Origin: Eledone cirrhosa | Taxonomy: Eukaryota | Assembly (NCBI GenBank): GCA_964016885.1 | Contig: OZ024741.1 | Location: 130,572,001-130,636,000, forward strand | Reading direction: 5' to 3' | Length of the DNA stretch: 64,000 nt | Shown: one piece after another, positions 43,512 to 60,869 of the stretch | Position numbering within the stretch: position 1 is the stretch's first letter | How the letters are laid out: each line of letters starts with the position of its first letter | The notes under the pieces: model-generated | Seen by the model: only the letters and a program-made list of their open reading frames with translations | Told to the model about the DNA's origin: nothing | The model's database searches: none | Made by a program: the position numbers and the translations under genes

Positions 43512-44366
43512 GTGTATGTATATATATATATGTGTGTGTATATATGTGCGTGAGTATACGTGTGTGTGAGTGTGTATGTGTATATTTTGTATACGTGAGT
43601 GTGAGTCCATGTGCCTATACCCATATGTGTGTATGGGTATATGTATGTGTACGTAATTATGTAAAACACCTTCTACATTGCCTCTCACCTTCCCCCCATC
43701 CCCGTCGTTCGCCACCCGCAACGATACTCCCCCACTCTCCATATTCGTGCCCGCATGCGCACCCGCACATACATGTGTGTACATATACATATGGCTGTGT
43801 GTGAGCGTGTGTCGATATGTGTGGGCAAGGATGTGCGTATGTGTTTTGTGGTGGGTGTGTTTATACAACAATATGTGTGCACATATATACCTATATGTGT
43901 GTGTGCGTATACGTATATACAAAGCATCTGTCAGACGATGATCGTCTAGCTATGTATCTAGGTAATGACCTTGACACCACCAATACATCCACCACACCAC
44001 CACAAACGCCACTACCATAGACAGCGGCACCAATACCACACCTCCACACATGCCAACCCGTCTACTGACAACCCACTAACCTCATACCACAGCCCATCCC
44101 ACTAAGCAACCATAACCACCACCATATCATAACATCCACCCCCACATACTCTATACGCCAAGGCCAATCAACCACCACCACACCAAAGCCCATCTCATCC
44201 ACCCATCGTCACCAACATCTCACCATCACACCCACCCCCATATACACTACAGGCCAGTACATCGCCTTGACCCTTCCCACCAATCAAAACAACTCATTTT
44301 GTCAAACTCTTTAATATCTGACTTTATCACATAGCATGTATTTCATTTTCTTATAGCATTTCAAGA

Positions 44367-44453
44367 AGGTCCGTCGAGCTGCGGGTTATTGAGTCGGGTA
44401 GGATCGATATAGATCGAACCTTGAGCTGATCAGTGGCGAAACGCGCGTCACCT
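44367..44453 (+). ncRNA. HHR-like motif, variant core CCGUCGA, enlarged stem II
   Basis: AGGT-CCGTCGA-GCTGC...GTGGC-GAAAC gcgc GTC-ACCT. Confidence 0.6.
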
Positions 44454-44783
44454 ATCAATAAATGCAATGAAGGAATAATCAATCGTCCTTTTTATACTTT
44501 CTATATATTACACTCTGTATAGCTTTACACATCATCACAGAAGTGAACCTAAACATCGAGTGCTCACCTGGGTGAACCTGCAGTAACTCCTAGTTACACC
44601 CCCTGGATATATATATATATATTCCGTTGCTTAAACCATTTTGTTTGTTCACCCTAACGTCCCCTTTGTTTGCGTGACCCAGCGACTTTTTTTGGCCGTT
44701 GTTCGCGCCAACCTGGGGTGTATGGCCCTTAAAGCGATGGAATGCCTGGGACGGTTGGGGGGTCACTGATGAAGGACTTACTT

Positions 44784-47955
<3,172 letters not shown>

Positions 47956-47964
47956 AAAAATCAT

Positions 47965-50056
47965 AGGAAAACTGAGTCAAGATAAATTAATAAAAACAAT
48001 GAAATAAAAACAAAGAATAGGTTCCTTATATTAAAAAAAAAAATCATCATTTTACGATCGTTTCTGGGATATATATGTGTATGTTGGTATGCATATCATA
48101 TTAAAGATCTATCTAAAACAAATATTACAAATTATCAGAGGAGATATACATACCTTCACTTATATATGCCATCTTCAGAAATGATGAAGTATGTTTATTG
48201 AAAGAAAGTATTAATACAAAAAGTCTGTTTGTGAACAGGTTTTGAATTGACCAATAGAAAAGTTAGAGGTCAAGTTAATAGAATAACCGTAGTAGAAATT
48301 TTATGCTAGGAGTGGAAGAATGTAAATTTATGCTTTGAATGAAAAGAATGGGGAAGAGAAAGGTAAGGGTTAAAATGAGGTCAAGTTAGTGAGATAGTGA
48401 AGGATCCCCCCCCCCCCCCCCCAAAAAAAAAAATTTGATGTTGTTAAAGAATGTTGTTAAAAGCATAGGGAAAATAATTTTTTGTGGGATGAGAGTGTTA
48501 GTGAGAAATACTACTACTGTTAAAATTTTAATGAACCTAGATACATAAAAGGAAATTAAATTAATTGATAGGTATACTTACAGAGTTAAAATTATATTAA
48601 TTCTTATGGATGTGATAAATAAAGAAGTAAAAGAAATTTAAAAAAAAAAATATATATATATATAGAAAGACTGAAATAGATAAAATTTTATAAAAAATAG
48701 CGTATCTATCTAAACAACCGTAATATTAAAGATATTAATTATATTTACTAATCCTAGGTATTGAATGTGATAGATAGGGGATGCGGTTAAAAGAAGTAGT
48801 GAGATTAAAGATAACTTAAGGTAAAGTGAGCTGCAATATCCCTAAAAAATTCTCTGCTATCCCAGAGAAAAGTTTCCCACCAAACCATAAATACTATCAA
48901 ATTTTAAATAGATCTACTGTCAAATGTTCGTACTCCATTACCAAGAATATACAACATAATATAAATGCGTACAACACATATAAGTGTAAAAAAAAACATA
49001 AATATACCACCAACACATCAAACCAACCATAATAATACTAAAGTAAACCTAAACAAACCACCTTCTTCTTCACCAACTTTGACTAATAATCTCCAAAACA
49101 AACAGAGTTCTACTAGCTCCACATCCTCTAAACTATCATCCACCAACAACCTGTCTAACCATACTAATCTAATTACAACCCATTCTAAACCATACATTAA
49201 TGATAATAATAACACTAATACCACTATAGATAACACAATTAACTCTCCTGACATAATATTTACGAATGGCTGTAACCGTAGAATCAAAAGAAATTGCCCA
49301 TTAAAGGGAAATTGTCTTATTAATAATATAGTGTATAAATGTGTAGTTAGTACTAAGGACACCACTCAATCCTATATAGGAGCTACGACTAACCAATTTA
49401 AAGTAAGATTTAATACCCACAAACATAGTTTTAAAAATGCCGCATTAGCTAATACAACCTCCTTGGCTGAAGCAATTAATAATTATAGAAAGAAGGATAT
49501 TGATTATAACTTGACCTGGAGCGTGCTCAAAAGGGCCACTTCTTATCAAAATAGTAGATATGAGTGTAGGTTATGCTCCCAAGAACTATTCGAAATCATG
49601 AAATCTAATGATATCCTATTAAATAAGCGACAGGAATTATTTATATCATGCAATCATAGAATTAGAAAAACCTTCGAATACTATAAACTTAATTAATATA
49701 TACCTCACTCTTATATTTTACAAATTATAATTTTTTTAAAGTTAGTTTACCTATAATTAAATATTTACTACAAAGAATTTCATAATTTTAATTCCCTCTT
49801 GCAGCTCACTTTACCTTAAGTTATCTTTAACCTCACTACTTCTTTTAACCACATCCCCTGTCTATCACATTCAATACCTAGGATTAGTAAATATAATTAA
49901 TATCTTTAATATTACGGTTGTTTAGATAGATACACTATTTTTTATAAAATTTGTATCTATTTCAGTCTTTCTATATATATTTTATTATTTTTTTTACATA
50001 GATCCTTAATATGATATACATACCAACATACACATATATATCCCAGAAACGATCGT

Positions 50057-50062
<6 letters not shown>
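47965..50062 (+). mobile_element. 5'-truncated PLE with inverted upstream 3' UTR/pLTR
   Basis: About 48640-48836 is the reverse complement of 49799-49985; full extended HHR at 48044-48187(-), only its 3' half at 50000-50062(+). Confidence 0.85.
48836..49696 (+). pseudogene. PLE linker + GIY-YIG endonuclease fragment
   Basis: FPPNHKYYQILNRSTVKCSYS; CPLKGNCLINNIVYKC..SYIGATT..FKVRFNTH..CRLC..LLNKRQE..CNH. Confidence 0.9.
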
Positions 50063-50143
<81 letters not shown>

Positions 50144-50147
<4 letters not shown>

Positions 50148-50952
50148 TAAAGTTAATATGTCTAAGGGTACAAGGTACCCCCAGAAATACATAGGTTGTC
50201 TATGATTCAAGGTGGATCTATGGTAATAATTTGATATACCAGAACTTAATATCAAGATAAGCAGAACAAGTAAAATTCAACCAATTTTTCAAAATTAATC
50301 AAAATTAAAAAATATAATATAAATATTTACCTATTCAAATGGCCCTTACTGTACAGTTTCACTTTGCAAAACATTAGATATCACATGGATATTAATGGAA
50401 AAACAAAGATCATCAGAGAAGCATTTTCCATTCCTAGGGTTAAAAACCTCAGGAACGATAAAATATATGACCTCGTCCTCAGCTGACACAGGTCTGAAAG
50501 GTCGTAAAAGTGACCCGTATGTACGCTGGTGTGAAGTGAAGGCGGGAAATCACAGACTTGTTGTCTATAGTCGCCACTAAAAAAAATAGCAGCTAGATAG
50601 AACGACAGATTTGTTCTCTACATAACGGAGAATAATGAATAAAGTTAATATGTCTAAGGGTACAAGGTACCCCCAGAAATACATAGGTTGTCTATGATTC
50701 AAGGTGGTTCTATGGTAATAATTTGATATACCAGAACTTAATATCAAGATAAGCAGAACAAGTAAAATGCAACCAACCATTAATATCCATGTGATATCTA
50801 ATGTTTTGCAAAGTGAAACTGTACAGTAAGGGCCATTTGAATAGGTAAATATTTATATTATATTTTTTAATTTTGATTAATTTTAATTTTAAATTAATTT
50901 TGATTTATTTTGAAAAATTGGTTGAATTTTACTTGTTCTGCTTATCTTGATA
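50144..50952. repeat. Direct plus inverted repeat complex (pLTR-like)
   Basis: 50144-50285 repeats at 50635-50775; 50255-50398 is the reverse complement of 50777-50952. Confidence 0.75.
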
Positions 50953-51027
50953 CATATATATATATATATATAGATATACATAGTGACGAAACATAAGTCA
51001 ATTGCATGAACTCATAATCCTTTATTT

Positions 51028-51083
51028 ACTGCTATATATATTTCAATGATAGCCATTGAATGGCTATGACCTCATCAGGCAGT
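51028..51083 (-). ncRNA. Type-I HHR
   Basis: Reverse complement: ACTGC-CTGATGA-ggtc ATAGCCA ttcaa TGGCTAT catt-GAAA tatat ATA-GCAGT, then aataaa. Confidence 0.8.
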
Positions 51084-51132
51084 TAGTCAGTACTTAGATA
51101 TGCCAGCTCTGTGTTTATAGTGTTGATGGTAT

Positions 51133-51638
<506 letters not shown>

Positions 51639-51904
51639 CGTGGTGGTATTACTGTGCGGTGAACAGACGGAAGATGTAATGTTTCCGGCATTGATTCATC
51701 ATTATGTTTCTTTGATATTTTGTTTATCCTCCAACAGGTGGCAATGGTGTGTGGTCGTTTGTGTAGTAGGTGAAATGAGAGGGATGATGGATGGGAGGAG
51801 ATATGGAATGGCATGCCACCTAAAGACTATCCTTACACTAAGATAAATAACTGTTAAAATTTGAACTCATTGCAACTCACCGAAACTAGACACTTTATCT
51901 CTCT

Positions 51905-51974
<70 letters not shown>

Positions 51975-52022
51975 TCCTCTCTCTACCTATCTATCTATCT
52001 ACCTATCTATCTATCTACCTAC

Positions 52023-52099
<77 letters not shown>

Positions 52100-53040
52100 A
52101 AGCAAAGACCGAGGAAAATGGGCGACTGGCACATCGAATGTGCTCAGGCGCTCACAGCCCTCTGGCAGGCGGACCCGGCGATCAGTGGAGACTCCACTTC
52201 GTCATTCTATAGAGGGTTGATCCGCAGCAAGTGCGACGACGCGCTCGGTGAAACTCTAGGCGTAGAGGAAGATGAACTGGCCAGTCTGTTCGGTAGGACC
52301 TTCCGCCCGGGACCGATGGACAACTTCCAAAAGTCCCTGGCCTGGCAGTGCTACCGAGGAGCTCTACCAGTTCGAGACAAGCTCTACAGACATGGGCGCC
52401 CGGGCAGGGACCCTTCGAAAAAGATCTGTTCGAGGTGCGTGCGAGACGAAGAAACCGTCGCGCACGCATTCGTACACTGCCCGGGTGTCACCGACCTGTG
52501 GGGCTATGTAGAACGACTATTGTCGCGGGTGGGACCAATCCGGTTGACCACCGAGTCCATTGTCATGATCAAACCGCCACCCTCCTTCAAAAACGAAGGA
52601 GAGGCAGTTTTCCTTTGTGTGATAGCTATGGCAAAAGAGGTTGTATTGTGGACAATGTTGAAGGGCTGAGGTCAGACACCTTTCTCTCCGGCCAACAACT
52701 GATTCTTTTTTCAAATAACACTTTGGAAGAAGAATCAGGATGGAGAGAGAGGTGCTGTACCCCAGCAAGTTTTATGAAAGGTGGGTGAAAGTGGCGAGAA
52801 TGGCCCGAGTGAATGGGCCTTCTCTCTATATCAGCCTGTAGGTTGAGGAAAAAGAGGAAGAGAGGAAGGGACTACAAACTCTTCGTACTCCTGGAGATGA
52901 GGGTTGCACATTTTTTTCGGGGGTATGTGTTACCCATATGTAATGTCTCCCCCTATTGGGGAAAATCGATTAACTTTTAAATTGCATTTGTGATAGTATT
53001 TTACACGTTTTTATTGTATGTAAACTTCCCCCTTTGTATT
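52100..53040 (+). mobile_element. Tx1/L1-like LINE 3' fragment inserted in (TCTA)n
   Basis: ORF 52118-52669 with CSRC..EETVAHAFVHC (CCHC); highly similar to 58065-59040; flanked by TCTA repeats. Confidence 0.9.
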
Positions 53041-53084
53041 TGTTCCCTTCTTTTGTGCCCCTATCGCTAATAAAGAAACATATC

Positions 53085-53115
<31 letters not shown>

Positions 53116-53576
53116 CCATCTAGCTATCTATTAATCTATCTATCTATCTATCTATCTATCCATATATATATAGATATATATTTATCTATCTATCTATCTA
53201 TCTATCCATATAGTTTATATATAGTTTATTGTTATTTATTAATGTTAAAGTTATTTTTATGTAAAAAACCCGCCGTCACGTCTTGTAATATCCCATTTTT
53301 GTACGCCCCTGTGGCAAATAAAGAAAGATATCTATCTATCCATATATACATATCTATCTATCTTTCTGGGATGGACACACGCGTGAAACTTGCTGGGTAA
53401 GTTCTGCCTAAATTTCTATAGAAATTCCTAACTGTAAACCATCATTTTTATACCAATTTGTAGAGGGACTGCCAGGTCAAATTTTGATCTGGTCAGTCTC
53501 TCAAAATATTCTACGCCTTTAGGCGAAATAGTTCACAAACAGTTTTTTTTTGGAAAAGCTAACATTTTTTTTAAAA

Positions 53577-55393
53577 ATGGCTGAAGCTTCTTCACCAACA
53601 TTCGAAGGAGGAAAGGGGAAGATATGCTTACAGCTTCCTCCTGCCACTGTCATAGTAGCAGATGTCAAAGACAAGGGTCAGCCAGAGGAAGGATTTTTCT
53701 CCACCTGCTGACCGACAACTTGACGTTGTCATGGCAACAAACCAAAAGTGTGAAACGATGAACAAAAACAACACAACCAGTGGCACCCGCAACAACAACA
53801 ATGCTATGAACGAAAACAGCACCAACAACAATAACAATAACAACAACAACAAGACCAATAACTGCAACAAGGAAGTAAACGACAAAATACCGTTTGCGCA
53901 AACCGTAAAGAAAACGGTAAGCTACACTCCGGTAGATATTTCAAATGCAAATGAGCTTTTGAATAACGCCAGACAGTACATAACTTTTGGGGAGAACGGA
54001 TCATCTCCATAAACTCTACCCCAGATTTACGAAGAGAAGCTGCCTCGAAAACTGTGGTTTTCAGGACAGTCTCAAACAAAACCCGAAAACCGACTCAACT
54101 TTCACAAGGCGAAATTGAGTTGGTTTTAGAAAATGCCTTAAAAGACATTGCTTTCATTCAGAAGGGTAGAATCTACGGGAGTTTATCCATTCTGATGAAA
54201 CACCAACTGACGGCACAGAGATACTCTGTGTCGCCAATTGTGTCACTGTTGTTCACCTTTTTCCCCACTTACATGGGGAAAAGAACACAGAAAATAAAAA
54301 TCCAAAGTATCACACCAAATATTGATATTTGGTGGGTAGTATGTGGATTTTTCCTCGAAAAAGTCACAATAATATCGGTAGGTAAGTCCTCGGGCGACCT
54401 GTTCAGCGGAACTAGCCTGGAAATTTTGGTCTAAATGACACCAGAACGAATAGCTAGGATCCCGGAACGTGTGCTGCTGGATGGGCTTATATACATATAC
54501 ATTTCGGTCGAGGGTAGGCGGCCCTCATGTTACCACTGCCTAAGCAAGGGTCATCTGAGAGCTTCCTGTCTTCGGCTAACTAGCCAAAAAAAGGCATTAC
54601 TGCCAACATGAGCACAACAATCACCACCACCACCACCACAACAACAACAACAACAACAACAACAACATAAAAAAAATAGTGACAACAAAACAAATGACAA
54701 ACACAGTCCCACCCAACCCCTCCCCACCTAAAACAACTCCAGAAACACCCACACACATAACAGCTCCCCAAAATGTACCCCTCCCCAACAACACGGATGA
54801 GGCCTCATCATCGTCACCCAGTGACGATGAGGGAGAGCCTTTCCGACCAGTAAAAAGAAAAAAGAAAAGACATAACACAAACAAAAATGCAACAAACACA
54901 CAAACACCAACACAAGCGACACAAAGAGCACAAACAAAAACACCCCCTCCTGAAAACAAAACACCTACTACAAAACGTAAGCACACACAAGAACGACAGA
55001 CAAAAAGCAACACATCACAACAAAAATGTTACACCTACATAAATACTAACAATAAAAGTTTAACAGACACCACATATAAAAACCATTCGGTATCCACCGA
55101 GGGGAAAACTTTTACAACACACTTCGGAGAATCATGATCTTAAAATGATTAGGATCTCCATCGACACACATAAACAGTTAAAAGAAAAATTTCCTAACGA
55201 CATAGGTAACCGCTGCGTCAAACCCTATAACCGCGTCCTTTTAAAATGTTTCCCCACCACCACCCCAGACACCCCCACCCACCTGGACCCCCTCTCCACC
55301 AAACATCTCCGTCCCCACCCCGCCAGAGACCACCACCCCACCAAACAACCCCTCCAACACAGCCTGGTCCCCAGGAGACGAAGAGGTGAGTGA
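53577..55393 (+). pseudogene. LINE ORF1 (gag-like CCHC knuckle), fragmented
   Basis: ATG at 53577; VVFRTVS, EGRRPSCYHCLSKGHLRASC and LKEKFPN all align with ORF1 at 61432-63528. Confidence 0.85.
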
Positions 55394-55429
55394 TTTCTTT
55401 TCCTCTTCTTTTAACTTTTCAGCACCAAC

Positions 55430-58400
55430 ATGGCCAATATAAAAGTTGGATGTGTGAATGTACGCGGCCTGGGGATGCCCTGGAAACAGGGCACACTCTT
55501 AAACGACCTCAGGTCGCACAGTATGGATGTAGTAGCCATTTGCGAGTCCAGGATCCACAGTGAGCAACAACTTTCCCCCATCTTCAACGGCTTTGAGATC
55601 TACGCATCTCTCTGTCAGCCGGGGGGTGGGGGTGGGATTGCCGTTTTGCTGCGGAAACACCTGGACCTCGTAACACAGACGGTACATCTGGACCCGGAGG
55701 GTCGACTGGTGGTTCTAGACGTTGACGGTAGTGAAGGTGGAGCCTTCAGGCTGGTAGCCGCATATGCCCCATCCGGGACACCACGGCCAGACTTCTTCAA
55801 ACGTCTAGAGACTTTTCTGGGAACGTCCCGCTCCCTGCTGTTAGTGGGGGACTGGAATGGAATCCTAGATGCACGTTGGGACTATGTGGGAGCATGTCCA
55901 GATAGAGAGAGGTGTAACAGCCGCAAACAGTTAATCGGCCGATTTGACCTGGCCGATAGATATCGACTAGATTTTCCGACTGTGCCACTGTGGACGTGGA
56001 CTAATCGTAGCGGAACATCTAGATCGTACTTAGATATGGTTCTAGTTAGAAAGAAGGATAGGGACATGTTAAGCTGTCCACAAATCTTCATGGTTGAGTA
56101 TTCAGATCACAAATTAGTGACCTGCTTAGTCAACATTGACAAAACCCATAGACAGGGACCCGGCTACTGGAAGCTGAACTTGTCGTTACCGACATGCAAA
56201 GCCTACAGTAGAGGGATTAGCACTTTAGTTAAGCAGCACTTGACGGGGGCCATTGTCAACAACAGATGGTGGTACTCTCTCAAGAGAGCAGTTAGATTCG
56301 ATTCGATAGGTTTTAGTAAAGAATTAGTGTTAGATAGAAATAAGACCGAAAAGGAACTGGTAGATAAAGTAGAAGAGGCACTTAGGAGTGGCAACGTAGC
56401 CAGCGTGCTAGCGACGAGAACGGCCTTGGGCCAGTTCTTCGACGCAAAGCATGAAGGCTGCGTTGTCAGAAGCAAAATACATGCTCTGGGAAACGAGGGA
56501 GCCAAAGCTGTTAGCTGGTCCCGAGTGACGGAGGCGAAAAGTGGCAACAAGTCCACGATTCGGTCTTTGAAGGACAAAGACGGACACGTGATACGTGAGC
56601 CGAAGCAGATGTGCGCGGCCTTTCAGTGGCATTTTGCTCAACTATTCGGGCAGGACGGCGGCCGGGAGGGGCTATGGATTTCAGTCCATACCTCGACGGC
56701 CTACCGCGACTCCCGGACAGCGAGGCGAAGTTGTGCGAAAGACCGATTTAGGCCGCTGAGATAGGGGACGCGCTGAGCCAATGCGGCAAACGCAAATCTC
56801 CAGGTCTCGACGGTCTACCCTACGAATTTTACGTAGCAACGCCGGACTTGTTCTCCGGTCTCCTGGAAGCGGTCTACTGCGACTGGCGAATTCCCAGTTC
56901 TGTGACTATAGGCGTAGTCACGTTAGTCAGGAAGGACGAGAATAAAGGGGATGACATAGGCAACTTCCGGCCCATAAATCTGCTCAACACAGAGTTACAG
57001 ATTTTGACCAAGGGGTTGGCAAAGAGGCTGGCGCTTGTCGTCGAAAACCTGGTGGGAGAAGCGCAGACATGCGCAATCCCGACCAGGTCCATACACAACA
57101 ACCTCCACCTCATGCGATACATGATTGAGAGGGTAGGGTGTAAAACCGGCTTCGGTGGGGCCCTGATCAACTTGGATGAGTTTAAGGCTTTCGATAGGCA
57201 GGCTTCGGACCCGTGTTCAGGGGCTGGATTGCTGCAATGCACAGCAGCAACATCTGCTCAAGGGTCAAGGTGAACGGCTACCTCTCGGAGCCGTTCCATA
57301 TCACGCGATCCATCTGACAGGGAAGCCTTCTCTCCTCCCTTCTGTACGTACTGACTCTCGAGCCACTACTGCGGAATTTGGAGCTATTGCAGAGCATCCC
57401 TTAGGAACTGGGACTGCGAAAGGCGTCGTCGGCTAATGCCGACGACGTATTAGTAATGGTGTCGAGCACCTCGCAAATCGGGGAGGTCGGCACCTTACTG
57501 GAGGAATACGAAAAGTTTACAGGAGCGAAGCTGAACCGGGACAAATCCGTCGGTTTGCAACTCGCGACGTGGAGAGGCAAACCGATGGCGTCGTCGGACG
57601 CTGGACGGAAGGAACGGTAAAGCTGCTCGGGGTCTGGTTTGGTCCGGACCTCCAGGTGGAGAAGAACTGGAACGTGGTGGCGGCCAAAGAGTTTGCGCTC
57701 ACCCAGAAGTGGGCCGAGTGCAAACTATCCTTGAAAGGTCGAGCGGAGGTGGCGAACACTTTTATAGCGTCCGTCATATACTACCGCTTGACCGTCGTGC
57801 CTTGTCCAGCCAAAACGCTCACCAAAATGGAGCGCGCGCTCTTCCAATTCCTTTGAAAGAAACGGGCTCCTTTGGTGAGAAGATCCATCTTCTGCCAACA
57901 CCCTTCAAACGGAGGGCTGGGGATGCCGTGACTGACGATGCGCAAACACGCGCTCAGGCTGCGGCACCTCCACGTATTCCTCACCGGACAACCGGTGTGG
58001 GCCCCGTTCGTGAGGCGAGCCTTCCCACGACTCGTCTCGCTGACCGAGCTGCAGTCCTGGGCCAAGCAAAGACCGAGGAAAATGGGCGACTGGCACATCG
58101 AATATGCTCAGGCGCTCACAGTCCTCTGGCAAACGGACCCGGCGATCAGTGGAGACTCCACTTCGACATTCTATAGAGGGTTGGTCCGCAGCAAGTGCGA
58201 CGACGCGATCGGAGAAACTGTGGGTGTAGAGGAGGACGAACTGGCCCGTCTGTCCGGTAGGAGCTTCCGCTCGGGATCAATGGACAACTTCCAAAAGTCC
58301 CTGGCCTGGCAGTGCTACCGAGGAGCTCTACCAGTTCGAGACAAGCTCTACAGACACGGGCGCCCGGGTAGTGACCCTTCGAAAAAGATCTGTCCGAGAT

Positions 58401-58808
58401 GCGTGCGCGACGAGGAAACCGTCGCGCACGCATTTGTACACAGCCCGGGCGTTACCGACCTGTGGGCTATGTAGAACGACTATTATCGCGGGTGGGACCA
58501 ATCCAGTTGACCACCGAGTCCATTGTCATGATCAAACCGCCACCCTCCTTCAAAAACGAGGGAGAGGTGGTTTTCCTATGTTTGATAGCTATGGTGAAAG
58601 AGGTTATATGGTGGACAAGGTTAAAAGGGCTGAGGTCAGGCACCTTTCTCTCCGGCGAGAAACTGATTCGTTTTTTCAAATATCATTTTGGAAGAAGAAT
58701 CAGGATGGAGAGAGAGAGGTGCTGTACCCCAGCAAATTTTATAAAAGGTGGGTGAATATGGCAAAGATGGCCCGAGTGGTTGGGCCTTCTCTCTATATAA
58801 GCCTGTAG
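55430..58808 (+). pseudogene. LINE ORF2 (APE endonuclease, RT, CCHC), fragmented
   Basis: NVRGL, GDWN, SYLD, SDH, GPGYWKLN; KSPGLDGLPYEFY, FRPINLLN, KAFDR, ADD; CPRC..ETVAH. Confidence 0.93.
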
Positions 58809-59043
58809 GTTGAGGAAAAAGAGGAAGAGAGGAAGGGAGTATTCACTTTTGGTGCTCCTGGAGATGAGGGTTGTACATTTTTTCGGGGTGTGTACAACCC
58901 CTCTGTAACGCCTCCCCCCTATTGGGGATTTCGATTGTTATTTATTATTTTATTAATAGTTTTATTTTCATATACCTGTCTGTAAACTCCCCATTTGTAT
59001 TTGTCCCCTTCTTTTGTGCCCTTGTGGCTAATAAAGGAATTTA

Positions 59044-59110
<67 letters not shown>

Positions 59111-59295
59111 TTCAAGAGTAACTAATCTTAAAGAGGGAGATGGAGATAGTAGAGGAGATATGAGAGGAGAGATTGGTGAGTTGGTTAGAAGCCAAAGCGT
59201 AAAGGCATGTGCTCAATGTGCAATATGCAGTAGAAAGCAGCTAGGTGGCTGGGTTCATGCAGAAGTTAGGTGCGCAGACCTGGAAATATTCATTA

Positions 59296-59789
59296 GATAA
59301 GCAAAACAAGACCACAAATTTCACAAGGAAGACATTATTAAAAGATTGTCAACATATTTTAGTTTGATGTAAGGAATGTAGAGAATAATAATAATATTAA
59401 TAAAATACAATGCAGCCTCGACAGATGAATACTGCTTGATTATGGCTGACAACTGATGCAACAAAGACACCATAGTAAAAACCAATATATGGAACATAAT
59501 ATTATGTAACATTATCCCATTATTTTAATTTATATTCCTTTGAAGTTCCGATGAGCCACTGTGTTTTTTAAATATGTTAATTATTTTCAACTGAACCAGA
59601 TCAATTATGATATATAGTCATCTGATCCAGAAATATTATATGGAGTAGTGAAACAATTGTAAACGGACATTATTATTATTAATATTATTATTATTATTCT
59701 CTACATTCCTTACATCAAACTAAAATATGTTGACAATATTTTAATAATGTCTTCCTTGTGAAATTTGTGGTCTTGTTTTGCTTAACTAA

Positions 59790-59790
<1 letters not shown>
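59296..59790 (+). mobile_element. pLTR with inverted 5' copy and an extended HHR (59545-59664)
   Basis: 59296-59400 is the reverse complement of about 59680-59785; gtt-CCGATGA-gccact...agtagt-GAAAC aatt GTA-aac. Confidence 0.7.
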
Positions 59791-59821
<31 letters not shown>

Positions 59822-59991
59822 ACGAAGGAAATGTGGTAAGGAACCAGGTGGACCATAACGCACCAAAGTACTCAATACTTGAGGTAGTAGAGTGGGTAAT
59901 AGGAACCAGTAAGACCCCGACAGCTGAGCTCAAGCCGTTTCGACGGAGCCGTCGAAACGGCTTGAGCTCAGCTGTCGGGGTCTTACTGGTT

Positions 59992-60025
<34 letters not shown>

Positions 60026-60067
60026 TAAATTTCTTTATATATATATATATGTATATATATGTGTGTA

Positions 60068-60248
<181 letters not shown>

Positions 60249-60869
60249 GTGTATGTATGTATGTATGTATGTATGTATGTATGTATAAGACCAGATTTCA
60301 ACCCCAACATCTACAACAACACCGGCACTAATGTTTACAGCAACAACAGCTTCTGAATGAATTGAAATGAACATTTACTACAACAACAGCAGCATCAAAC
60401 GACAAAAAACAACAACAAAAACAAAATAACAAAACACACACACACACACAACAACAACAACATCAACTGCCACAGCCAACGATTGTTCCAGCGCATTACT
60501 GGTGCTCTCTTTTGTTGACTCCGTGGGGTTGAAAGGCAAAGCTGACCTTGGTGGGATTTGAGCTCGGAGCGTGGAGGGCCATAGCTCTATGCTGTAAAGC
60601 AATTATAATAATACTGAACGGTAAGACGAACGGCTTCAACTATATGAACTCTTTTGAAAGTCAACAGTTGACATAATCTTGTAATCTTGTATCAGTAATG
60701 ACGGTAAGATATATATATATATGTGTGTGTGTGTAAGTGAGTAGCGTGTGTGTGTTTGTTTGTATGTATGAGTGTTGGTGTGTGGTCTCGTATGTATGTG
60801 TGTGTGTGCGCGTGTGTGTATGTACGTCAATAGGTGAGTTTCTTGTTTTTGTTTTTTTCTTTTTTTTAT

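Larger units (their letters stand above)
38447..44610 (+). mobile_element. PLE with inverted 5' segment and long microsatellite-rich 3' UTR
   Basis: 39075-39744 is the reverse complement of 41962-42630; coding remnant 39745-42170; terminal HHR 44367-44453 followed by aataaa. Confidence 0.88.
53362..59040 (+). mobile_element. Full-length decayed Tx1/L1-like LINE
   Basis: 5' end follows (TATC)n; ORF1 and ORF2 remnants; 3' end cccttgtggctaataaag followed by tatc/(TA)n. Confidence 0.92.

Noticed and set aside
50405-50490. Minus-strand CTGAGGA plus a long stem as an HHR
   Set aside because: No GAAA/NUH arm follows; the sequence is cut by a repeat junction.
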